DNA from: an uncultured bacterium
GTDB taxonomy: Bacteria; Patescibacteriota; Minisyncoccia; Phycocordibacterales; UBA9973
Assembly (NCBI GenBank): GCA_903892035.1
Contig: CAITGV010000001.1
Location: 155,624 to 219,623, forward strand
Length of the DNA stretch: 64,000 nucleotides
Reading direction: 5' to 3'
Program-made: the position numbers and the translations under genes
Shown here: positions 8,951-16,631 of the stretch, one piece after another
Numbering within the stretch: position 1 is the stretch's first letter
Layout: the number at the start of each line of letters is the position of its first letter
The notes under the pieces: model-generated
The model's input: the letters and a program-made list of their open reading frames with translations, nothing else
Told to the model about the DNA's origin: nothing
Databases searched by the model: none

Positions 8951-9583
8951 ATGAAACTTCGATGGTTAAACCCCGCCCATAAATCAGAAGCTAGTGCTTT
9001 ACTAAAAGTGAGCACGGAGGCAGAGAAAAAAACTGAATCTCTGGATAATTCTCCATCCAAAAAAGTTCTCGACCTTGAAACACAGAAATACATCGAGGAA
9101 CGTTTTCCAAAAACAAACGATGACAAACTACATGAGGACACAGCTAAAAAGTTTATATTTGACAGTAAATATCTAGATGATATTACTGAGCGACATAATA
9201 ACGGTGAAAAAATGGAAAAACAATTCAGTGATAAATTGTGGGAAATGTATACTAAAGCCATGGAATCCGACGGTTACATAGAAGTTTATAAAGATATGAG
9301 TAAACGTGTTGGTAAATTAATAGATAACATGAATATTCTTGAAATACATAACTCAATTTCCCCTGAAAAATTTCCTTTGGCAAAATCTGGCATTTCAAAT
9401 AAAGAAGCTTTCCTACTTGCAAAAGAGGAAGCTGAAAATGTTAAGCATGAACTGGGCGGCATTAGAGATGAAAACATAAGCAAAGAAAGTGTAGGTGAAC
9501 TTTTAGATAAATACAAAAAAATTAGCGAAAAATATAACACGCTTAGGAGCGTACTTCAGCCCGAAAATCCAGATTTAAACTAG
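8951..9583 (+). CDS. hypothetical protein (likely start MKLRW...; the listed ORF has an upstream in-frame extension)
   Basis: Charged, K/E-rich soluble ORF with no motif. The upstream extension would overlap the neighbouring gene. Confidence 0.4.
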   Translation: MKLRWLNPAHKSEASALLKVSTEAEKKTESLDNSPSKKVLDLETQKYIEERFPKTNDDKLHEDTAKKFIFDSKYLDDITERHNNGEKMEKQFSDKLWEMYTKAMESDGYIEVYKDMSKRVGKLIDNMNILEIHNSISPEKFPLAKSGISNKEAFLLAKEEAENVKHELGGIRDENISKESVGELLDKYKKISEKYNTLRSVLQPENPDLN

Positions 9584-9595
9584 TACTCAAACTTA

Positions 9596-12013
9596 CTACA
9601 TCACAAAACGTTTATAAAATCTTTTTTTCACAATTTCAATTACAATAAGATAAATCAGGACAACTACTGAAATAGCAACGATGATAGGCAAAGATAATGG
9701 AACAAAGCCAAATAACTTCCCGACAAAAGAAAGTGCGATACCCCACGCTATGACTACTGCTCCCCATGCTGCTATTTTGACTGCGGGATGTGTCGGCAAA
9801 GAATTCCAGAAAGATTTTGGTGAGCGAATAATAAATACTACTAATGTCTGCGTTGCAAAAGACTGCAAAAACCAACCTGTCTGAAATGAACCATCTGAAA
9901 GATGGAAAAAATGAAATAGTACATAAAATGTAATAAAATCAAAAATAGAACTAGCTAAACCAAAAACAACCATAAAACGTTTTATGAAAGAGATGTTCCA
10001 AGGTTGAGGTTTATTTAATATTTCATCTTCAACAGTATCAAATGGTAAAGAAAATTGTGATGTTTCATACAATAAATTTGTAAGAAGGACCTGTGCTGGC
10101 AACATCGGTAAAAATTTAAATAATAAACTAGCACCAGTCATAGAAAACATATTTCCAAAATTTGAACTCACAGCCATCGTTATGTATTTGATAGTATTTG
10201 TAAAAGTTCTACGCCCCTCCAAAACTCCATCAATCAGCTCGCTCAAGCTTTTATGCGATAGCACGATGTCCGCAGACTCTTTTGCCACATCTACAGCATT
10301 TGAAACAGAAATTCCAATGTCAGCCGTCTTTAATGCTGGGGCATCATTTATCCCGTCCCCCATATACCCCACGACGTGACCTTGTTTTCTAAGCAGTGAA
10401 ATTATTCTATTTTTTTGCTCTGGCACCACGCGCGCAAAAATATTTGTCTCCTCAAGTCTTGCAGATAATTCATCATCTGACATTTTTTCTAAAACACTTC
10501 CATCTATTGATATTATATTTTTAAAACCAACTTCACGAGCTACTTTTTCCGCTACCAGTAAATGATCTCCGGTAATCACTTTTACAGAAATACCACGACG
10601 AACAATTTCTTCTAAAACTACTTTGATATCTGGCTTTGGTGGATCTATGAAAGCAATAAACCCAGCAAATACCATGTCATGCTCTTCATCTCTTTCATAA
10701 ATATCCTTCTTCTCAGTTAAAATTTTCGTTGAAACTCCAAGCACACGATAACCATCAGCAGATAATTTTTCAAATAACTGCTGTATTTTGTTTTTTTCCT
10801 CTTGGTCAATACTGCAAGCTGTAAAAACATTTTCTGGTGCACCTTTTGCAATTAAAATCAACTTACCAGCTTTTTCTACCACAACACTATCTCTTCTTCT
10901 CTCGAAATCAAAAGGAATCTCATCAATTTTTTTATATAATTCTATGTCAAAATCTTTACGTGCTCTTATTGCTTCATCTAGGGGTCCACGCTTACCTGTA
11001 TGAAATGAGCTCGTAAGATACGCAAGTTCAAGCACATCCAGAGAATCAACTCCATTTACATCTAAATATTTAACTAGAGCAATTTTATCTTCTGTTAAAG
11101 TACCAGTTTTGTCAGTACAAAGCACGTCCATACTACCAAAATTCTGCACTGCTTCAAGTGTCTTCACTATCACACCTTTTTTAGACATTCGTATAGATGC
11201 ACGACTAGTATTAAAGGAAATGATTATTGGTAAAAGTTCGGGAGTAATACCTACAGCAAGAGCAGCAGAAAAAAGAACAGCCTCCAAAATACTTCCCTTC
11301 ATAAAGGCATTTATCACAAAGACAAGTACTGCCATACCAATAACAATTTTTGTAATAAAAATACTAAAGTTTTTTATGCCAACCTCAAACTCACTTGGTT
11401 CTGACTTTTTTTCCATCAATGAAATAATTTTAAAATATTTTGTATCCTTTCCAATTTTAGTTATTTCTATATTTGCCGTACCGGTAACAACACCTGTACC
11501 TAAAAATACTTCATCTTTTTCATGTTTCTCAGTTGGAAGTGATTCACCTGTGAGCGATGATTCATTTAAAAAGAAATCTTTCGCCTCCAAAACTACACCA
11601 TCCGCTGGAAGCATGCACCCCGCCTCAAGCACAACAACATCACCCACAACAAGATTCTCAGCTGGAATTTTCTTTTGCACTCCATCACGATAAACAGTAG
11701 TAACCAGTCTGACTTTTTTCAAAAGCATCTCGACAGCCTTATTTGATCTATATGTCGAAACAAAATTTATTACTGAGCTTGCGAGAACAATAAATATTAT
11801 CAGTATTCCGTCTATATTTGATTTTGTGAGAAAAGATAGTACGGCTGCAACCAAAAGCACAATGATTAAAGGATTTTTAAATTCTGTTAAAAACAAAAGT
11901 ACACCAGGAGTTTTTCTTTCACTGGCAACAGAATTTAAACCAAATTTTTTTTCTCTATTTTTTGCCTCAGATGCGGATAGCCCTAGAGTTATTATTTTTT
12001 CATTTGTATTCAT
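9596..12013 (-). CDS. cation-transporting P-type ATPase (MgtA-like)
   Basis: DKTGTLT phosphorylation motif, TGES, GDGINDAPAL, ITPELLP in the TM4 region, 805 aa. Confidence 0.85.
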   Translation of the reverse strand: MNTNEKIITLGLSASEAKNREKKFGLNSVASERKTPGVLLFLTEFKNPLIIVLLVAAVLSFLTKSNIDGILIIFIVLASSVINFVSTYRSNKAVEMLLKKVRLVTTVYRDGVQKKIPAENLVVGDVVVLEAGCMLPADGVVLEAKDFFLNESSLTGESLPTEKHEKDEVFLGTGVVTGTANIEITKIGKDTKYFKIISLMEKKSEPSEFEVGIKNFSIFITKIVIGMAVLVFVINAFMKGSILEAVLFSAALAVGITPELLPIIISFNTSRASIRMSKKGVIVKTLEAVQNFGSMDVLCTDKTGTLTEDKIALVKYLDVNGVDSLDVLELAYLTSSFHTGKRGPLDEAIRARKDFDIELYKKIDEIPFDFERRRDSVVVEKAGKLILIAKGAPENVFTACSIDQEEKNKIQQLFEKLSADGYRVLGVSTKILTEKKDIYERDEEHDMVFAGFIAFIDPPKPDIKVVLEEIVRRGISVKVITGDHLLVAEKVAREVGFKNIISIDGSVLEKMSDDELSARLEETNIFARVVPEQKNRIISLLRKQGHVVGYMGDGINDAPALKTADIGISVSNAVDVAKESADIVLSHKSLSELIDGVLEGRRTFTNTIKYITMAVSSNFGNMFSMTGASLLFKFLPMLPAQVLLTNLLYETSQFSLPFDTVEDEILNKPQPWNISFIKRFMVVFGLASSIFDFITFYVLFHFFHLSDGSFQTGWFLQSFATQTLVVFIIRSPKSFWNSLPTHPAVKIAAWGAVVIAWGIALSFVGKLFGFVPLSLPIIVAISVVVLIYLIVIEIVKKRFYKRFVM

Positions 12014-12016
12014 TTT

Positions 12017-13387
12017 CTAAAAATCCAAAGTTACACTATCACCTTGCGAAGGAGCCGTAGCATTTAATGCCAAATAGTCGCGAATTTTCTGAGCTAAGAA
12101 AAGTGAAGATTTTGGCTCACCCATTACGACAAATATTTTTTGAACTTTTTCAGCCATATTTTCCACGAAATTTAAAAGACCATCGGAATCTTTATGACCA
12201 GAGTACCCATCAATCGTAACTACCGTCGCATTTATTGGTACTTCTGCACCTTTTATATATACACTTTTTGCTCCTTCTTGAATTACTCGGCCCATCGTGC
12301 CTGCAGACTGATAGCCAGTAAGCAAAATTGTGTCTTTTGGATTTGGTAAATAATTGTGTTCATGATGAACGATGCGTCCTCCATTACTCATTCCACTTCC
12401 AGCAATAATAATTTTTGGATCGAGAGTATGTGCAATTGATTTTGATTCTTCGGTTTCAAGAGTCACATGTAAACCAGGAAAAGAAAAAATGTCTTCTCCA
12501 TTTTCAATATCCTTTCTGGCTCTATCATTGAAATAATTTTTATATTTTTCATAAACTGCAGTGAGCTTTATAGCAAGTGGTGAATCTAGAAAAATTGGTA
12601 CTTCTGGAACTCTTTTATTCTCTACCAAATCATGTATTTCAAACAATAGCTCTTGCGAACGCTCTAGAGAAAAAGTAGGCATAATGAGTGTCCCCTGTCT
12701 TTTATAATTGTCCTGCATTACTTCTGCAAGTTTTTGTTTTCTTAAATTCCTATCTTCATGATTACGGTCTCCATATACAGACTCCATCACTAAATAATCT
12801 ACATCGGTTACTTTTTCAGTATCACAAATAAGAGGTGATGGAGAATTTCCAAGGTCACCAGTAAACATTATTTTTTTATTTCCATATGAAAATACAATAA
12901 GTGCTGAACCCAATATGTGTCCAGCATCTCGAAACTCTACTTGAAAACCACCTGGGAGATTTATTGTTTGGTGATAATCACGAGTTTCCCAAATACTCAT
13001 TATTTTCTCTAAAGTTTCTGGAGTGTAAATACTTGCCAAATCATGCTCTTTATTTTTTCCTAAAATTCCAGCGGTATCTTCAAGCATCAATTTTGTAATA
13101 TCTTTTGTTGGAGTTGTAGAATAAATCTTGCCTTCGAAGCCTTCGTGAACAAGTTTTGGAATTCGGCCTATATGGTCAACGTGACTATGAGTAATAAACA
13201 AAATATCGATAGTCTTTGGATCATATGAAAATGGCTCCCAGTTTGAATCATCAGCAATTTTTGTTCCTTGTGACAAACCACAGTCCACTAGCATTTTAAC
13301 TGAATCAGTTTCAATTAAAAAATTAGCTCCAGTCACACTTCCTGTTCCCCCGCAAAATGTTAGTTTCAATTTTTTTGTATTCTCCAT
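12017..13387 (-). CDS. MBL-fold beta-CASP family RNA-metabolising hydrolase
   Basis: HSHVDHIG metallo-beta-lactamase motif plus beta-CASP/RMMBL-like C-terminal region; ~456 aa. Confidence 0.75.
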   Translation of the reverse strand: MENTKKLKLTFCGGTGSVTGANFLIETDSVKMLVDCGLSQGTKIADDSNWEPFSYDPKTIDILFITHSHVDHIGRIPKLVHEGFEGKIYSTTPTKDITKLMLEDTAGILGKNKEHDLASIYTPETLEKIMSIWETRDYHQTINLPGGFQVEFRDAGHILGSALIVFSYGNKKIMFTGDLGNSPSPLICDTEKVTDVDYLVMESVYGDRNHEDRNLRKQKLAEVMQDNYKRQGTLIMPTFSLERSQELLFEIHDLVENKRVPEVPIFLDSPLAIKLTAVYEKYKNYFNDRARKDIENGEDIFSFPGLHVTLETEESKSIAHTLDPKIIIAGSGMSNGGRIVHHEHNYLPNPKDTILLTGYQSAGTMGRVIQEGAKSVYIKGAEVPINATVVTIDGYSGHKDSDGLLNFVENMAEKVQKIFVVMGEPKSSLFLAQKIRDYLALNATAPSQGDSVTLDF

Positions 13388-13450
13388 ATGATTTATTATA
13401 CGCGAGTCTAAAACATATTGCCAATTTTACTGAAATTATCACAAAAGAAA

Positions 13451-13471
13451 AACTCATGCATAAAGCATGAG
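13451..13471 (-). terminator. putative intrinsic terminator (minus strand)
   Basis: ACUCAUGC-AUAAA-GCAUGAGU followed by UUUUUCUUUUG on the minus strand, downstream of the HD gene. Confidence 0.5.
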
Positions 13472-13708
13472 TTCTTCTTAGGGCTATTTGCATATATTAC
13501 CTTAGCGATGAGCTAAGTGGGTGCGTGACACCCTGCACCACGATGCAAAATGATCAAATGCTCCCCTAAAATATTTGTTCTAAGTAATACTTCAAATAAC
13601 CCTACATAAAGTATACCGTCTGTAAAATTTTTCGCAAGCAATTTTTCTATAAAACACATCTTTGACAGCGTTTCAAATATTGTTTTCTGGAAAAATGCAA
13701 GAAAAAAA

Positions 13709-14365
13709 TTAAATTTCAAAATTTTTTAACTCTTCGACGAGTGGCTGGATGATTTTGTCAGAAATTTCCAATAAATTTTCATTTGTGTTCTTCAAAATTA
13801 TCTTTTGTATTTCGTATAATGCCAAACGTGAGTCTTCTCTCTCTTGAAAAAGTATTTCAAAGTCACTTCTTTTTTCGTATCTTCTATAAAAATCTTTTAA
13901 ACGCTCATCGATCGAAGTTATAGTGTGTGGTGTGACTCGCATGTCGGCGTATTGAACAATCATTGAAATATAATCCATATTTTCCAAGAATTTTTCTGAT
14001 TGCCTGAAACCTAAGCCTCCCACTTTTTCTGAAATTTCTACTGGAAGTTCTAATTCCTCTACTATTTTCTTTGTAGCTTCATGAACTTGATTGCCATATT
14101 TTTCTTGATATTCTTTTTTTATTTCTTCCCAATATTTCCTTTCTTCGTCGGTATAAATAAATGGTGAGACTTCTGGAGAAAAATCAAATTTCAAAATATT
14201 TCCCATATCGTGAAGTAGTGCCACAGTCAAAATTTTATTTTTATCAAGCTCCACTCCCCGCCAGTTATCAAGTATCCACTTTGTCACTCCAGACACACGC
14301 AACATGTGCTCCTCAAGCGTCGGCTGAATTTTATATTCCTCGTATATTTCAGTAATTTTTTTCAT
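13709..14365 (-). CDS. HD-domain phosphohydrolase
   Basis: ALLHDMGN HD motif. Confidence 0.6.
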   Translation of the reverse strand: MKKITEIYEEYKIQPTLEEHMLRVSGVTKWILDNWRGVELDKNKILTVALLHDMGNILKFDFSPEVSPFIYTDEERKYWEEIKKEYQEKYGNQVHEATKKIVEELELPVEISEKVGGLGFRQSEKFLENMDYISMIVQYADMRVTPHTITSIDERLKDFYRRYEKRSDFEILFQEREDSRLALYEIQKIILKNTNENLLEISDKIIQPLVEELKNFEI

Positions 14366-14385
14366 GCAAATATTTTACCACAAAA

Positions 14386-14408
14386 TAAAAAGCGCCGAAG
14401 CGCTTTTT
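14386..14408. terminator. bidirectional intrinsic terminator downstream of ndk
   Basis: AAAAAGCGC-CGAA-GCGCUUUUU. Confidence 0.75.
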
Positions 14409-14417
14409 GTTTTTTAT

Positions 14418-14882
14418 TTATTTTGAATCTGCGTAAACAAAATCTGTATCTACTTTTTTATAGTTGAATAGTTCTTTTTCTTCAAAGAAACGAGCAACCT
14501 CAGTAACCCCTGCTTCTATTGTATCTGAAGCATGCACAATATTTGATTGAATACTCATAGAAAAATCTCCTCGAATACTTCCAGCATCAGCTTCGTAACC
14601 CTTTGTGGGACCAACCAAGAGTCTAATAGTTGAAATTGCATTTATTCCTTCAAGAGCCATAACCACAACAGGAGTAGACTTCATGAAATCTCTTATTCCT
14701 CCAAAAAATGGTTTGTCTTTAATGTGAGCATAGTGTTCTTCTAGAGTTGCATCCGCAATGTTCATCATTTTCATTCCGATAATCTTGAAGCCCTTGCGTT
14801 CAAAACGCATAATAACTTCACCGATCAAATTTCTTTGAATTGCATCGGGCTTGATGATAATAAGAGAGCGTTCATGTGTTGC
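14418..14882 (-). CDS. ndk: nucleoside diphosphate kinase
   Basis: ERSLIIIKPD...NIVHASD motifs. The ORF tool's N-terminal 22-aa extension is AT-rich promoter sequence; the likely start is MATHERS. Confidence 0.9.
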   Translation of the reverse strand, partial: ATHERSLIIIKPDAIQRNLIGEVIMRFERKGFKIIGMKMMNIADATLEEHYAHIKDKPFFGGIRDFMKSTPVVVMALEGINAISTIRLLVGPTKGYEADAGSIRGDFSMSIQSNIVHASDTIEAGVTEVARFFEEKELFNYKKVDTDFVYADSK

Positions 14883-14957
14883 CATAAATATATAAAATAA
14901 TATTGATAAAAGTAAAGAGAGTATAGCAGAAAAAAGAGTTAAATACAAATCTAAAAT

Positions 14958-14995
14958 ACAACCCCCTGACCCCCTTATCAGGGGGAAATAAATGC
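14958..14995. repeat. palindromic repeat element, copy A (left half: ACAACCCC-CUGA-CCCCCUUAUCAGGGGG-AAAUAAAUGC)
   Basis: Shares >90% identity with the copy B left half and with the copy C reverse complement. Confidence 0.8.
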
Positions 14996-15032
14996 TTACT
15001 AAATAATGTATAACTTAAAAATAACATTCTTC

Positions 15033-15515
15033 TTAATTAACGTTTTCATCAAAAATCCTAAGGTAGTCAGAAAATTCTGTATTGGAAAGTTCGACTTCAA
15101 TTACTTTTTTAGCCACATCAAATGAAACAACTAGGCAACAAACCTCCATTGTTCCACTTCCCATGCTTCCTCCATCGCAGTGACCAAGCCCTGTCCACCC
15201 AAGAACTTCATTCATTTTTACTTCAAGTTTGTGTCTCTTATTTATATCAATTTCTTTTCCTATTCCTTCAATTTTATATTCAACAATCAACTTGTGTATA
15301 TCTTTATCACTCATCTCATTAAAACTATCTTTAATTTTCATGTCCACTTCCTCTTGAACTTTTTTTCTAAAACTTGAAAAAAGGCCAGATTTTATTTCTT
15401 TAGATTGTCCTTTTTCTCCAACTACGCCCCAATGTATAATTGCCACAGAATTATTTTTATCCCATGTTTCCCAATAATTTAATACTCCGTCAATTTCTTT
15501 ATAGAGCTTTAGCAT
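15033..15515 (-). CDS. hypothetical protein (160 aa)
   Basis: ORF with no motif; bracketed by repeat copies A and B. Confidence 0.45.
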   Translation of the reverse strand: MLKLYKEIDGVLNYWETWDKNNSVAIIHWGVVGEKGQSKEIKSGLFSSFRKKVQEEVDMKIKDSFNEMSDKDIHKLIVEYKIEGIGKEIDINKRHKLEVKMNEVLGWTGLGHCDGGSMGSGTMEVCCLVVSFDVAKKVIEVELSNTEFSDYLRIFDENVN

Positions 15516-15542
15516 TGATTTATTGTATCACAACTCCCCCAT

Positions 15543-15640
15543 ACAACCCCCTGACCCCCTTATCAGGGGGAAATTAAATGCACATACTACAGTGACTTGG
15601 GAGTTTCCTCCCCTGATAAGGGGAGGCTAGGTGGGGTTGT
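15543..15640. repeat. palindromic MITE/REP-like repeat element, full-length copy B (98 bp)
   Basis: 8-bp terminal inverted repeat ACAACCCC...GGGGUUGU. Internal hairpins CCCCCUGA/UCAGGGGG and CCUCCCCUGAUAAGGGGAGG. It encodes the last 17 codons of the DUF559 gene. Confidence 0.8.
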
Positions 15641-16003
15641 ATTTATGTATTTTATTAAATCTTCAATAACAAAAACTGGTTTTTCCAGCACCTCTTCGTT
15701 TTTATATCTCAAAATTTTCAACCCAAATTTTTGTTTTAAAATTTCATCTCTCTCATTGTCCCTTTCTTTTTGGGCTTTATGTATCTTGCCATCTATTTCA
15801 ACAACTAACCGTAGACTTGAGCAATAAAAATCCATAATAAAATTATCAATTGGTTTTTGGCTAGAAAATTTATAACTAGCAAGTCTTTTGTCTTTTAAAA
15901 TTTCAAGCCAAAATTTTATTTCAGCAGGAGTCTGATTATTCCTAAGTTCCCTAGCTAGAGAAACTAAAGTTTTATTATATGGTAGAAACTTATAATTTTG
16001 CAT
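15587..16003 (-). CDS. DUF559 (Vsr-like endonuclease fold) domain protein
   Basis: LRNNQTPAEIKFW...FSSQKPIDNFIMDFYC..LRLVVEIDG..H......D.ERD..L...G..ILR matches the DUF559 pattern. The start codon and C-terminal tail lie inside repeat copies C and B. Confidence 0.75.
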   Translation of the reverse strand: MQNYKFLPYNKTLVSLARELRNNQTPAEIKFWLEILKDKRLASYKFSSQKPIDNFIMDFYCSSLRLVVEIDGKIHKAQKERDNERDEILKQKFGLKILRYKNEEVLEKPVFVIEDLIKYINTTPPSLPLSGEETPKSL

Positions 16004-16052
16004 TTAGTGGAATTTGCACCATTCCCCCTGATAAGGGGGTCAGGGGGTTGTG
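16001..16052. repeat. palindromic repeat element, copy C (inverted orientation)
   Basis: Reverse complement equals ACAACCCCCUGACCCCCUUAUCAGGGGGAAUGG...AAAUGC. The AAAUGC provides the DUF559 ATG. Confidence 0.8.
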
Positions 16053-16631
16053 TTAATTCTTTTTCACCTGCCTGTCAAACGCAAGCACTGAGTAATCGTG
16101 GTCATCGAAACCATATTTTTTAAATACTGCATTTGCGGAACTACGAAAATGTTTATCATAGTCTAGACCAAGTAGAGCAGACATTTCTTTTATTTTTTCA
16201 AAAGATTTCGCTTCAATTTCCAAATACGGAGGAATAAGTGGCCATGTATCTATATCAAATTCAACATCACCTAATACATATTTCGTCCTCTTTTTTTCTT
16301 GTTTAAATTTCTCAATTAAACCAATTGCCAAAAGAAGTTTTTCTGTATTTTCAAAACTATCAACTTCAATCTGAATTTCCTGCATTCCTTCATCTGAAGT
16401 CGAACCATCGTGTGAAGTCACACCTATTCTTTTTTTATATGCCAAAGTTATTTTATCAACCTCATCTCGTAATCTTATCCAAGAATTGTCACTATGTAAC
16501 CTCGCGTCTGGATGATCAAAAGTTTTTGCAATATATAAATAATCCCCTACTTTTTTTGCACCCATAGTGACGAGTTTTTTCTCTATTTGACCTACGTCAA
16601 TATCTAAAAATTTTACTTCAATTTCTTCCAT
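16053..16631 (-). CDS. CYTH-domain protein (CyaB/triphosphate-tunnel metalloenzyme family)
   Basis: N-terminal EIEVKF (ExExK) signature and C-terminal acidic EIE residues; 192 aa. The start overlaps the upstream ATPase stop by 1 nt (UAAUG). Confidence 0.65.
   Translation of the reverse strand: MEEIEVKFLDIDVGQIEKKLVTMGAKKVGDYLYIAKTFDHPDARLHSDNSWIRLRDEVDKITLAYKKRIGVTSHDGSTSDEGMQEIQIEVDSFENTEKLLLAIGLIEKFKQEKKRTKYVLGDVEFDIDTWPLIPPYLEIEAKSFEKIKEMSALLGLDYDKHFRSSANAVFKKYGFDDHDYSVLAFDRQVKKN

Noticed and set aside
13513-13719. ORF 13513..13719 (68 aa)
   Set aside because: It overlaps the HD gene stop, is AT-rich with no motif, and lies in a region better explained as terminator and intergenic sequence.
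14883-14948. N-terminal extensions of listed ORFs (ndk, guaA 52716..52826, tpiA 60509..60589, rplD 39380..39463, cmk 28673..28786, DinD-like 22521..22556, sod 52701..52751)
   Set aside because: The in-frame upstream ATG/TTG codons run into AT-rich promoter sequence or overlap neighbouring genes. Conserved N-termini of these families begin at the internal Met.
14958-16052. CRISPR array hypothesis for the CCCCCUUAUCAGGGGG-containing repeats
   Set aside because: Copies are irregularly spaced, differ in length and orientation, are dispersed over 44 kb and contain internal palindromes and TIRs. This is MITE/REP-like, not direct repeats with unique spacers.
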